DNA of 63,439 nt, the filler included, from Reclinomonas americana ATCC 50394 (taxonomy: Eukaryota), in NCBI GenBank assembly GCA_048213135.1. It is 7 parts of 4 records of this genome, joined end to end, with 100 filler letters (N's around TTAATTAATTAA, not from the genome) between each part and the next. Parts side by side here need not be neighbours in the genome. Positions count along the whole stretch, not along the records: positions 45,567 to 59,338 come from PS015114.1; positions 59,439 to 61,763 come from PS015115.1; 5 more parts are not named here. One strand, 5' to 3'. Both the position numbers and the translations under genes were made by a program. Numbering within the stretch: the stretch's first letter is position 1; each line of letters begins with the position of its first letter. The notes beneath the pieces were generated by a model, which saw only the letters and a list, made by a program, of their open reading frames with translations, was not told the origin of the DNA and did no database searches. This document shows positions 48,663 to 61,139 of the stretch, piece after piece.

Positions 48663-50859
48663 TCAGTACTCGCCGTGGGTCGGTGGGAACATGATGTCCT
48701 GTGGCGTGTCAGAGTGAGCTAAGCGACGATCGAGAGTAAGGAGCACCAGTGAGCAGCTGTGCACGCAACTGTTCGCATCACGTACTTGACACCGTCGTCG
48801 CTCACAATGGGCGCGCCCTCGTGCAGCAGTGGATGCACAAAGAACAGCGCGGAGCCTGGTGCAGTTGTCAGTCACTTGTGATCACTCTCTCTCTCTCTCT
48901 CACAGCTGTGCTCTTGCATGATCACTCACCCTTCTTCGGGTACACGGCGAGTGACGCTCGGCCCTCGCGCACATCCTCACGTGTCGCACCGTCCAGGTAG
49001 AACTTGGTGGCGCCGCCGACCTCTGGTGGGCAGTCGCTGTGTGAGGGGAGACAAGTCAGTCGCATGAAGAGAGACAAGGAGAGGGAGGGAGGGAGGGAGG
49101 GAGGGAGGGAGGGAGGGAGGGAGGCAGTGTCTGAGCAGTATCAATCGTGGAGGCACGACTAGAACGGTTGCAAAGAACTTCTTACTCTGCNNNNNNNNNN
49201 NNNNNNNNNNNNNNNNNNNNNNNNNNNNNNNNNNNNNNNNNNNNNNNNNNNNNNNNNNNNNNNNNNNNNNNNNNNNNNNNNNNNNNNNNNNNNNNNNNNN
49301 NNNNNNNNNNNNNNNNNNNNNNNNNNNNNNNNNNNNNNNNNNNNNNNNNNNNNNNNNNNNNNNNNNNNNNNNNNNNNNNNNNNNNNNNNNNNNNNNNNNN
49401 NNNNNNNNNNNNNNNNNNNNNNNNNNNNNNNNNNNNNNNNNNNNNNNNNNNNNNNNNNNNNNNNNNNNNNNNNNNNNNNNNNNNNNNNNNNNNNNNNNNN
49501 NNNNNNNNNNNNNNGGGAGGGAGGCAGTGTCTGAGCAGTATCAATCGTGGAGGCACGACTAGAACGGTTGCAAAGAACTTCTTCTCTTGCTCCCCTTCCC
49601 TCTCTACGTCTCTCTGGTCTCCACAGGAGTTCGTAACGGAGCCAGTGCATGCATAAACGTCGCTTCCTCCCTATCGCCTTCTCATGCCCCCTTCCCTCTC
49701 TGTGCATCTCACACACTCGAGTCTCCACGAATGCTTGAGCAGCGTCGCTCTCTTCCTTCTCCGTTCCCTCCCCTTCCCTCTCTGTGCATCTTACACACTC
49801 GAGTCTCCATACACGCTTGAGAAACGCCCTTTTCCTGTTTCCTCCTCCCTCCCTCTTCTCCCATCTCCTCCTCCCTCTTCTTCTTCTTCCTTCGTTTCGC
49901 CCCCTTCCCTCTTTGTGCCTACTACACTCGAGTCTCCAAGTTCCTTTTTCCTTCTCACTTCTCTGCCCTTTTCCTTCTCACTCCTCTTCCCTTCGTCTCC
50001 CCTGCTCCCTCTCCTCCCCCCGCGCGCACTCAACTTGAGATACAGCAGCACGGTGATCTTGCTGACCTCGTGCACACGATCGCCCCAATCCTTGATGCGC
50101 GGCGATCGGTGGAAGCAGCCGTCGAAGTGTGGTCGGAAGGCTGCAGAGGAAAAAAGGAGAGTCAGCGAACAGGCAGTGCGTTGCTTGTGCAGAGTCACTC
50201 AACTCTGTCCCTTCGTGTACCTAGAGCGTCGCAACAGGAAGAGCAAAGTGAGTCGCAGAGAATGGTGAAGAGACAACATGCACGCGCGCGCAACTTGTAG
50301 AACCGGAATCGCTCGTTGACACCGCAGGCAGTGCTGGCGAACTCCGCCGGGAGGTACTTCTGCAGGCGCGGCCAGATGACCGCAGCCAGCTCCTGCGAGA
50401 CCGACAGTTGTCAGGAACTACACTCGGGCCCGACAACAACACGGCGGACATGATCATCATGCAACGCAACATCGCTGTCAATCACCACGCGCTCGTTGTC
50501 GCGCACATCCTTCATCATCACCGGACCTCGTGCTGCGCGATCGGCACACACAGTGAGCGACAGGAGTCGTGTATTTCTGGAACAGGCGAGCCGAATGTGG
50601 ACTCTTCTCTTCAAACTCACAAGTGGTGATCGGGGCATCGGCGTACCCCGCGTCCTCCGTACGCTGGCGCCACTCGTCGCACTCATCATCGCTCAGCACT
50701 CCGTCCACCGTCATGATGCATCGACTCTCCTGCAAACGACAACATGAGCGGTCGTCGAGTTGTCTTCCCTCCACACCCTCGCACGCACGCAACATCGTAC
50801 ATCGTCACACCGTCGCGCACCCACGCCGGTTGCAGCTCTCCACCATGTGCAGCACCCAT
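48663..50859 (-). CDS. 2-oxoglutarate/Fe(II) dioxygenase (prolyl-4-hydroxylase-like)
   Basis: VLSDDEC, RDNERV, GVNERFRFYK/YTKGQ/TFRPHFDG, ITVLLYL, GGATKF, LLHEG and KYVMRT/DIMF; the HxD...H...K triad is intact. Confidence 0.88.
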
Positions 50860-51196
50860 GTTGATGACCTTCGCTCGCTCGAAAAACACAGAAAATGATA
50901 ATTGTGCGGAAATAGCTATCGGCACCACATGTCCTGTTCGAGTCCAACAACGTCTCGAGTAATACGTGGCGTGGACAGCACGTGGACTCGTCCGGATAAA
51001 TATCTGTGCATGCATGGTACACGTTGCAATTGATTTGCAGTTGCAAAAGAAACCAAACATGACGTCTCCGGATCCGTTGCTTTGCAATTGCTTGCTTCAC
51101 GGATCCGGACCCGGCTTTGCTTTGCTTGCCTGGCTATAGCCGTGCACGATCGCAGAAAACGCCATGCGTCAAATCCACTGTTCAACCACGCTACAG

Positions 51197-51288
51197 TGCG
51201 GTGAAGATCGCAGTTCTCGACTTGTTCGGAGCTCCGAGAGCGGCCACACACACACACAAGGAACCTGCTGCTGCCCTCAAAACAGGTG
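51197..51288 (-). repeat. Dispersed ~95-bp non-coding element, copy 2
   Basis: Reverse-complement match to 35677-35774. Confidence 0.8.
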
Positions 51289-51575
51289 CGCTGATCATGC
51301 CCTTCCCAATCACTGCGCAGCCCCTTTCGAGAGAAGCAAAAGAGAAGGATACGGGTGCCGAGAGCATTTTGACGCTTCAAGCGTACAACCGCTACTCAGT
51401 ACGCAGTCTCAGACGTGGAGCCCACCCGACGACCGCCGCCCGTAATAGAATCTACGGTGCTGCCACGGCGCTCTTCCATGCGCATCTGCTGTCAGCACAA
51501 GTTGACTTGTGGGACACCGACAATCGCGAGTCGGAACATCTCCACTTCGCGCTCCTCATTCTTCTTCCCCTTCAT

Positions 51576-52210
51576 ATGGCCGCGCTCGACTCGCCCTCAT
51601 TCGAGAGCAAGCTCTCTGGAGGAGACACGGACGAGCGACTGGAGGCCATGCGCCTGCTGCGGGACGCCATTCGCGCGTCGACTGCTCTGCGCAGCAACTT
51701 GGGCGCCCTGCGCATGCTGCAGTGGCATCGTGTGAAGATCGCAGGCATTGGGTGAGAGAGAGAGAGAGAGCATGCACGCGCAACTCTCACTTTGCACTCA
51801 TTGATTGTGTGAGTGCAGTCTGTTGCTGGCGATGCTTGCGGCGTGGACGAGTGCGTACACGGAGTTCAAGGCGAGCGGGCGATGGGATTTCATCAACTTG
51901 TTCTCGCTGGCCGCCGCCTGCGTGTTCTTCTACTTTTTCATGATGTGGCAGCAGTGGAAGGCCACCGGGAAGGAGATTGTGGTGGTCGCCGATGAGGAGC
52001 TGCGGTACATCAAGGTGGCAAACAAGTTGCGTTGCATTTTCTTTGTGCCTTCTCTTGCTCTCCCCCTTCTCTCACTCTCTCGCTTGCAGGTACCCACCAA
52101 CAGACAAGGAGATGAAGGAGCTGGAGGCCGACGACAAAAGGGCAGAGGAGAGGCAGGCGGCTGTGGACAAGGCCGCTGCCGCGAAATCCACGCGTCAAAG
52201 GCGTCGGTGA
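51576..52210 (+). CDS. Small two-TM membrane protein, unknown function
   Basis: Three exons splice in frame: MAALDSPSFESK..KIAGIG/LLLAMLAAW..FINLFSLAAACVFFYFFMMW..VANK/YPPTDKE..RQRRR*. Confidence 0.7.
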
Positions 52211-52308
52211 TCTTTCCCCCATGCTTGCATGAATCATAGAGCGTTGTGTCACTCAGGGTCCATTCGTTCAGCGAAACACAAAGAGAGAGAGAGAGAAGGA
52301 CAAGGAGC

Positions 52309-53512
52309 TTATGCATTGAGGGCGGCCTCCAGCTGGGCGGCCAGCTTGCGAGCCGCGGCCAGGTTCTTGTGCACACGGCGGCCGCGCTGCTGCGCGCCCT
52401 GCTCAAACTGGCGGTAGGCGTCGTAAGCCTCGCTGCGCTTCGCCGCCATCTCCTCGCGCAGAGTGCGCACGTAGCCGAGCAGCGGGAAGAACTTGCCAAC
52501 GTCGGGAATGGGGATTTGCGGCGGCGGGCTCGGCGGGAAGTCGGGGAAGTCGGGGAACTCTGGGAAGCCGGGGAAGTCGGGCTCCATGGGGTCGCCCGGC
52601 TGCTGCGGCGGCTTCGGAATGGGCAGATCGGGCAGGCCGGGGATGTTTGGCAGGCTGGGGATCGGCAGGTTCGGCAAGTCGGGGCGCTTCAATCCGCGCA
52701 CCGAAAGCTCGCTGGCATCAGACGGCGGCGCAGGCGACGGGCCCGGCGGAGCCGGCGGCATCGGCACCGGTGGCTGCGGTGCCGGAGTCGGCGTCGGCGC
52801 AGGAGCCGGCTGGTTGCTGTCGCCACCGCTGGCATCTCCACCATCAGCGTCGCCCGCATCACCACCACCATTGCCGTCGTCGCCACCACCATTGTCCGGC
52901 GGCGGGGTGAACTTGTCGCCGAGCGCGTCCTTGAACGCCTGCTCAATCAGCGCCAAGATGGCGTCGTGCTCCGCGCGCAGCTTGGCCAACCTATCGTTGC
53001 GTCTCTCTCGTCAGCGGCGTGAATGTAAGCAACCAAAGCAGGGCTTGCAAGAAACGNNNNNNNNNNNNNNNNNNNNAAACTTGGCATTCAGCTCCTCACG
53101 CGCAGCCGCACTCTCATCGAGCGCACTCTGCGCCTCATTGACCGCCGCCACGGCCTCGCTCAACACCGCGGCCGCCGCACTGCCGCTGGCCGCCAGCCCG
53201 GCCTTGCTGACAATGGCAAAGAGCGAGCGCAGAGCGGTGACGTCACCGGCCACCGCACGCTGCACTTGCTGCGGGTCCCAGTAGGCGGGGAACGACGAGA
53301 ACTGCGAGTCGTCGAACTGCGGGAAGGGCTCCGAGTAGCCAAACAGCGCGTTCATCAGCTCGCCAATCATGCCGCCGAAATCGGGGTAGTATGGGTATGG
53401 GCGGCCAGAGAAGTCGCCGCCTGGAAGAGAAGGGAGAGAAGGGAGAAGGGAGGGNNNNNNNNNNNNNNNNNNNNNNNNNNNNNNNNNAAGGAGGAGAGAG
53501 GGGAGGGTGAGG

Positions 53513-53543
<31 letters not shown>

Positions 53544-53912
53544 CAAAACAAAAGGGAGAGGCGTGCTTATGTGAGGCTCTCTCCATCTCTCTTTGCATGT
53601 GCTTGCGTGTGTGTGCGCGCGTGAAGCACTTTCTCTCTCATACACACACACTCTCTCTCTCTCACACACACAACAAAGAGCATCTGTAGTCAACGATCAA
53701 AAAGTTCGCGCATCTCTCTCTCTTTGTCTCTCTCTCCTTTTCTCTCTCTCTCTCTCACCTGGGAACCCAGGCGACATCGACGTCCCGCTTCCATCAGCAG
53801 GCGGTGCGGGCACTGGCACTGCGGCCTTGAGCACACGCACCTGCGCGTCAGTGGCAATGACCGCCACACACAGCACCACAAACACAAGCGAGACTAGCGC
53901 AAATGATCTCAT
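52309..53912 (-). CDS. Secreted proline-rich protein with PxL/PxF triplet repeats between helical segments
   Basis: Signal MRSFALVSLVFVVLCVAVIATDA; PDLPNLPIPSLPNIPGLPDLP and PDFPGFPEFPDFPDFP tracts; Ala-rich helical flanks. Confidence 0.7.
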
Positions 53913-54028
53913 ACTACTAAACTCGAGTATGTGACACGAGAACACACAAAATTAACAAGTGCTCCCGCAGTGAGAGCAACGCAGCGGATTTGTGCTCGCT
54001 CGGCGTGTATTGTACTCGTTTGATTGCA

Positions 54029-55083
54029 ATGGTGGGCGGACGTGTGTCAGCGTTTGTGCTTGTGCTTCTTGTTGTGGCGTTGGCTGGTGTGGCGTTGGCG
54101 GCTGAGGAATGCGATGTGGTGATTGCTGGAGGGTGAGTGAGTCTGTGTAATGCAGATTGGTTTTTGTGGCGGAGTCATGATGATTCGATATCAGGTCGAC
54201 ATCGGCGCTCGCTGCGGCGCTCGCCTCGGCCTCGCGTGGTGTGAGCACGTGTCTGGTGAGAGCGGACGAGGAGAGGGAGAGACAGAGAGAGAGGGGGGGT
54301 GGAAGAGGGAGTCTGCATTGTGAAGATGTTGTCTCTCTGCTTGATGATCCCTCCGCTCGCTCACTGCACTCACTCGCTCGCTCTTTCACACACTCTCACA
54401 CTCTTTCACACTCTTTCACACTCTTTCACACTCTTTCACACTCTTTCACACTCTTTCACACTCTTTCACACGCTCTTTCACTCTTTCACTCACTCACTGC
54501 CCTTTCCCTGTCTGCCAGCTTGAGCCCACCGACTGGGTCGGCGGTCAGCTGACAGCGAGTGCGGTGCCTGCAGTGGACTTTGCATGGTACATTCCCCTTC
54601 TGTGATTGATCCGAGAGAGAGAGAGAGAGAGTCATTGAGGTGCTATTCTGTGTTNNNNNNNNNNNNNNNNNNNNNNNNNNNNNNNNNNNNNNNNNNNNNN
54701 NNNNNNNNNNNNNNNNNNNNNNNNNNNNNNNNNNNNNNNNNNNNNNNNNNNNNNNNNNNNNNNNNNNNNNNNNNNNNNNNNNNNNNNNNNNNNNNNNNNN
54801 NNNNNNNNNNNNNNNNNNNNNNNNNNNNNNNNNNNNNNNNNNNNNNNNNNNNNNNNNNNNNNNNNNNNNNNNNNNNNNNNNNNNNNNNNNNNNNNNNNNN
54901 NNNNNNNNNNNNNNNNNNNNNNNNNNNNNNNNNNNNNNNNNNNNNNNNNNNNNNNNNNNNNNNNNNNNNNNNNNNNNNNNNNNNNNNNNNNNNNNNNNNN
55001 NNNNNNNNNNNNNNNNNNNNNNNNNNNNNNNNNNNNNNNNNNNNNNNNNNNNNNNNNNNNNNNNNNNNNNNNNNNNNNNNNNN

Positions 55084-55153
<70 letters not shown>

Positions 55154-57719
55154 TCTTCTTCTTCTTCTTCTCCTCCTCCTCCTCCTCCTCCTCCTCCTCC
55201 TCCTCCGCCTTCTTCTCTTTCTCATGCCTTGCCCTCTCCATCAGCTTCCTCCCCCTCCGCTTCCTCTCCGAATGCGTGCAACCGGCGGTGGCGGCCCTCG
55301 GCAGCACCCTCCGCATCTACTACAACACGGTGCCGGTGGGCGTGACCACCAATGCCGCCGGCACTGCCATCACCTCGCTGCGTGCCGTGCAGCGCACCAG
55401 CCTCGACACGACCACGTGTCAGTTCATGTACCAGCAGCTGCCCGACTGGTACTCGCCGGTGGACTCGGTGCATTTCAGCAAGCGTGTGCTGCAGTTTACG
55501 GCTGCGGTGTTTGTGGAGGCCACCGAGTGGGGCGAGTTGCTGGCGTTGAGCGAGGCGCCGTACACGCAGGGCATTATTGATGTGGGTGGTACGTCGGATG
55601 TGTGTGGTCAGTCGTCGACGTTTGATTTCGCCGAGGTGAGTGGGTAAACGAGGGAGGGAGGGAGGGAGAGAGAGAAGGAGGGAAGTGGAGTGGACTGGAG
55701 TGGAGTAACGTGGAGTGTAGTGGCGTTGAGCATATCGGAGTGGAGCATATCGAGGTGGAACATATTGAGCAGAATGGTGTGGAGCAGAATGGCGTGGAGC
55801 AGAGTGGAGCAGAATGGTGCGGAGCAGAGTGGAGCATAATGGTGTGGAGCAGAGTGGAGCGGAGCAGAGTGACGTGGAGCAGTACAGAGTGGAGCAGACT
55901 GGAGCTGATAGAGTGGAATGGAGCAGAGGATGGAAGGAATGTGGGATGGTGGGAAACTGTGAGTGAATGACATCGCGCCCTCCCCTTCTCTCCCCCTCCC
56001 CTCCCCCCTCTCCTTCGCCCTCCACCAGGAGCTCCACGAAGTACCCGTTCCGGAGCCCGACCACCCGTTCGGCCCGCCGCCTCCCCAGTTCGAGTCGCGC
56101 TACTCGCTGGACAAGTACGCGTGGGATCGTGTGTGGACGTACCGCCGACTGCAGACCACGGCACCCAACGACGGCTCGGTGCGACTGGGCGACATTACGC
56201 TGCAGAACTGGTCAAAAGGCAACGACAATGTTTTTGCGTACACGCTCGAGAGCATGGCTGACGCGCAACAGCGTGTGCGCAACGGAACGTGGACGGGTGG
56301 TGTCAGCCTCGATGCCATTCGCATCGGCGAGGAACTCGCCATGGGCTGGCACTACTGGTACAAGAACGCTACCACCGATCCGAAGGAGAGCGGCGGCCGT
56401 GTCACACTCGCTCGCTCCGTTGTGGGCACCTGTCATGGACTTGCCAAGGTTGGTCACTGGCGCTGAGTAGTTTCTCGTTGGGTGCTACAATTCTGTTCTT
56501 TCAGGTGATCCAGGGTTCTCTGTTCACGCAACGCTGTTTCTATCTGCAGGTCGTGTCATCTCCTTTCTCTCTCGCTCTCCACCCTTACTGTCTCACTGAA
56601 AACAGATGCATCCTTGATCGACAACACCCACCTCCGCGCTCTGTCTTTCACTCTTTGTTCTCCGTTGCATTGCCCCGAGCCCGTGACATGGCAGCACACT
56701 TCTTACTCCTCCTTGCTGCAGCTCTTCTGTTCATGCAGTTGCTTTCTCCTCTCAGCTTGCCAGTATGCTCGTCGATTGACCTCATGTCTTTGCGGCAGCC
56801 CACCGATCCTTCTCTTCCCATTCCCACCGTGCCCTCACTTCCCATTCCCCACGCTCATCCCTTCACATTTCCACTCCCTTACAGTCCTCCTTCCCTTCCC
56901 TCATCGCCCCTCTCTTCCCTTCCTGTTTACCCTTCCCCTTCCCCCTGCCCACTACCCGCCCTTCTCCTTTCCTCACGCTCCTCCCTTCCCCTTTCCCTTC
57001 CCCCACCACCCTCCTCCCCTTCCCCTTCGCCTTCCCCTTCCCCTTCCCCTTCCCCTTCCCCTTCCCCTTCCCCTTCCCCCACCCTTCCCCTTCCCCTTCC
57101 CCTTCCCCTTCCCCCTCCCCTCCCCTTCCCTTACCCTTCTCCCTTTGCCCACAGTACCCATACATGCGCGACACACGCCGCTCGGTGGGCCTGGACCAGT
57201 TCCAGATGCAAGTGACGGAGATCTCGGGCCTGCCCACCCCCGACCTGCTGGTGGCACACATTTACGACGACCGCATGGCGATCGGCTGCTACGATGTCGA
57301 CATTCACCCGGTGCTCGGCTGCTCGTGGCCCAAGCCCGTCTTCCAGGACTGGCCCATCCTGCCCTTCTACCTGCCCTACCGCGCCTTCACCAACGCCAAG
57401 TTCACCAACTTGGTCGCCGCCGGCAAGACCATGGCACAGGTGCGCTGTACAGTGTGCACCGCTGCATATCAGCTAGTGCTTACACTCTATACCATGCCAG
57501 AGTTTCATTGTCAACTCGGCCACGCGCGTGCACCCGGTGGAGTGGTCCAGCGGCACCGCAGCCGGTGTCATTGCGGCATTCGCCGTGCAGAAATCCAACG
57601 CCGACGTGCATGCCGTCTATCGCAACGCGCAGCTGCTGGCGCAGGTGCAAGTCGAGGCCGAGAAGCAGACGCCGACGCGGTGGACGGTGAACGGCAAACA
57701 ATATCCACCCCGGTCGTAA
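54029..57719 (+). CDS. Secreted FAD-dependent oxidoreductase (FAD_oxidored/PF12831-like)
   Basis: Signal peptide, then CDVVIAGG/STSALAAA..CL/LEPTDWVGGQLTASAV, FVEATEWGELL, PYMRDTRRS, PFYLPYRA..NLVAAGKTMAQ and RVHPVEWSSGTAAG. Confidence 0.85.
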
Positions 57720-58529
57720 AAATGCTGCTGTGGTCGTGTTATATCGCTTGGCACACGATTTGGAAGGCAGTTGCCGGGCGGTGGCGATTCGGAGCCCGAT
57801 TGCCTCATCGCCCGGATAATTGTTCCTGTTTCTCCGTGTGGATGTGGGTGGAGTTGCGTTTGCCCATGCAATCCGGCTGCAGCGACCGGTGCCTGACACG
57901 ACTGGCCGCGTGGGGTGCGGTGATGCGAAGATGCGGCGCGGCCACGGCCGCGGATTCGAGGATGCATATGAGATGAAACTCCGGCCGTATTGCGAACCCT
58001 GCAAACAGACAGACAAACAGACAGGCCGTGCTCTCTCTCTCTCTACTCTCCACCACGGCATGCTCCTGCGCATGCCAACTTTTTGTATGCGCCCAACATT
58101 CGACATTGAATCCAATGCGTTGCGCGGAAAAAGAATTCGAATACCGCCAACTCGCACACACTCTCTCTCGCGTCTCTCTCCCTCGCTCTTCGTTATATGC
58201 AGCAAAGGCACTACTGAGAGAACGAGCATCCACCACGACAATGCGTTCTGAGAGAAAGACACACACGAGCGAGCGGTCATGTGGCAGCCTCGTGGTCACG
58301 ACCCCAATCAGACACGATTCGCCTTTCGCACAGTCACTCACGCAACAAAAGAGGCAGAGAGAGAGAGCACAACAGACCCCCTCTCACACACAACAACAAT
58401 CATGCGACGCCGTCGTGAGGAAATGGACGACGACGACGATGACGACGATCACCACGTGCGACAAAAAAACACTCACTCTTTGTGTGTGTGCTCTCTCACG
58501 CTCTCTCTCTCTCTCAGCGTCTTCCGACC

Positions 58530-59338
58530 ATGGCCGCCTCTCGCACACACCACTTCCACAACCACCAGTTGCCTCCGCCTCCGCCTCTGCCTCCACCATC
58601 CTCCTCTGCGCCCTCGACTGCTGCACGAGGCGGAGGAGGAGGTATGCCTGTGGCCGACTCCATGGGACTCTACGACTGGGCCACCACCGCCACTGGTGCA
58701 GCAGCCGCAGCCGCAGCTGCTGCAGCAGCTGCTGCAGCAGTCGTCGAGCATAAACCATTGGTGAGTTGGTCTCTCAGGGGCGCACTCATTGCCTCTCCCT
58801 TGCTCTTCTCTTCTTCTCCTCAATCTCCCCTTGCTCTTCCGTATTGTCTTCTTCCCTTGTCTGCTTCTCCTCCTTGTCTTCTTCCTCCTTTACTCTTCTC
58901 CTTCTCTGCTCTTCTTCCCTTGCCTGCTTCTCCTCCTTGTCTTCCACCTTTCTCTTCCCTCTCTTCTCTTCCTCATTACCTTCTCGCCCTTGCGTTTCAG
59001 CTGCTGCAACACCAACACCAACAACACCAACAGCAGCATGCATTTGCGGGACTGCCTCCGCCCTCATCGCTGTCGTCCTCGTCGGGATCGTCGTCTTCCT
59101 CGTCGTCGTCGAGGTGAGCTACACAAATCCACCTCGCGCTCACCTGTGTATGTGCTCATCCTCATCGCTTCTGCAAGTCGGCGGTTGACTGCGCCTGGTG
59201 CGAGTGGCGGTGTTGTTGGTGGGCGGTTTGCGCAGGCCGGGTCGAGCTTTGGCGGGGCGAGCTCGGCGTGGACGAGTACGGTGCCGTCGGTGGGCTCGGC
59301 AGTGTCGTCGCTGGTGTCTACAGGACCGCTGGGTGCGC
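58530..59338 (+). CDS. Low-complexity (Pro/Ala/Gln/Ser) N-terminal fragment, truncated at contig end
   Basis: MAASRTHHFHNHQLPPPP..poly-A..EHKPL|GTGAGT spliced to LLQHQHQQHQQQH; no domain visible. Confidence 0.5.
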
Positions 59339-59440
59339 NNNNNNNNNNNNNNNNNNNNNNNNNNNNNNNNNNNNNNNNNNNNTTAATTAATTAANNNNNN
59401 NNNNNNNNNNNNNNNNNNNNNNNNNNNNNNNNNNNNNNAG

Positions 59441-61139
59441 ATCCTGGCCTCGCTCAACTCGTACAACATGCCAGCAACACAACACTTCTTGCTGTCGCTG
59501 GCCGAGTCGCACTCGGTGGAGCATCCAACACGCAACAGTGCACTCATTGGATTGGTGCACCCGCGAAACGGATACACTGACGGTCAGCTCGATCTGCACA
59601 CGCACGACACGGTGACGCGACTGCACCAGTTGTGGAATGAGGACAGCGATGGGCAGGTGGGCGAAGAGAGAACGCGACATGAGTCAACTCGCATGTTTTG
59701 CTCACTCTTTTTTTGTACCGCGCAGGCGCTTCTGGTCCTTGCTGGCGTGCTGGGCTCGCTAAATATGGTGCGCCCGGCCGAGGTGGAGGATCCATACGAG
59801 CACATTGTGGCGGCTGTGGAGGAGGAGCTGCTGGAGGTGTTCCCGGCGGACGCAGATCCACGCGGACTGAACCACGCGACCATGTTGTTGCACATGCTCG
59901 GCAATGCGCAGTACACACGGTCATTGCGGCACTTGCGGCATTTCGCCACTCGCCACCGTGACCTGTCGGTGGCGCGCCTGGCGGTGGAGACCATGGCCGG
60001 CTTCGAGTCAGACGAGGGCACGCAGACGCTGGTGGAGGTGATGCGTGACGTGTATGCCAGACCCGAGGTGCGCTCGGCGGCAGCGGCGGCACTGGCTCAG
60101 AGGTGGGCTGTCGATTCGCTGTTCTCGTGCGTTCAAAGGGACGATTGTCTGACACGAAATAACCGCGCAGGTCCCTGTCGACGCGGCAAGCCACAACAGT
60201 CGGCGCCTTTGTCGCTGCCAGCTCATCAGCGGGGAGGCCGCGTGACAATGATGACGATCAGCAGGAGGAGCAAAACGACGGCGACGACGACAGCAATGAC
60301 GACAACAACGAAAGCGACGACAGCAACGACAGTGGGAGCAATGATCAGCAACAAGAAGAAGATAAGAAGGAAGGAAGCAGTGACGGCGGCGATCAGCAGC
60401 AGCAGCAAGGCGGCGATGGTGGCGACGGTGGTGATCAACAACAACAGAAGAAAGGTGACGGCGAGAAAAAGGAGCGAGGCAAGAAGCGGGAAGGTGGAGG
60501 CGGTGGACGCAAGAAGGAGGGACGCAAGAATGAGGGCGGCGACAGCGACGGAGAGAAGAAGAAGGGAGGAGATGGAGGCGAAGGCGGTGACAAGAAGCAG
60601 GAAGGCGAAGGCGGCGACAAGAAGCAGGAAGGCGAAGGAGGCGACAAGAAGCAGGAAGGCGAAGGTGAAGAGAAGAAGAAGAAGGAAGGCGATGCCGGTG
60701 AGAAGAAAGAAGGCGGGGGCGATCCAACTGATCCAGGCAAGGTGACGCAGGAGAGGAAGTGGGAAAAGGTAAGCTCATTGGTCTCGGTGGAGTCCAAGAC
60801 GGCTGCTGATGATTTTGTACAGACATACGAACAAACTCCTGGATTTGGCAACGTTGGGTGGCTGTGCGCGCCGTCTTTTGCATCTCTTTGCTGTGTTGTT
60901 GCTCACGTTCGTGCACTCTGTAGAAATTCGTGGGTGGTCGTTTCGAGGCAGGCGTCGTTGCGTCTGTTGAGAGCATCCTTGTAAGTCGTGTGCCTGTCTT
61001 GCTCACCATGTCTCTATGCGGGCAGATTCTCAATCTCAAAGCATAGTTGAGTGTTATTTTCCCCTGCATACCGCGTGTTGATTGGTATTAGATGGGAGCT
61101 GACATTTTTTTCGCAGCGAATCCATGACTCTGGAAGCCT
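59441..61139 (+). CDS. Fragment with vitellogenin/large-lipid-transfer-like alpha-helical domain and acidic D/G/K linker
   Basis: ALLVLAGVLG..LLHMLGNAQ..L..VRSAAAAAL helical repeats resemble LLT/HEAT superhelix; continues through small exons (TYEQTPGFGN/KFVGGRFEAG/ILNLKAY/ESMTLEA). Confidence 0.55.

Noticed and set aside
49110..49585. Direct repeat flanking an N gap, resembling LTRs or a target-site duplication
   Set aside because: Same ~70 bp on both sides of a gap; unmerged contig overlap.
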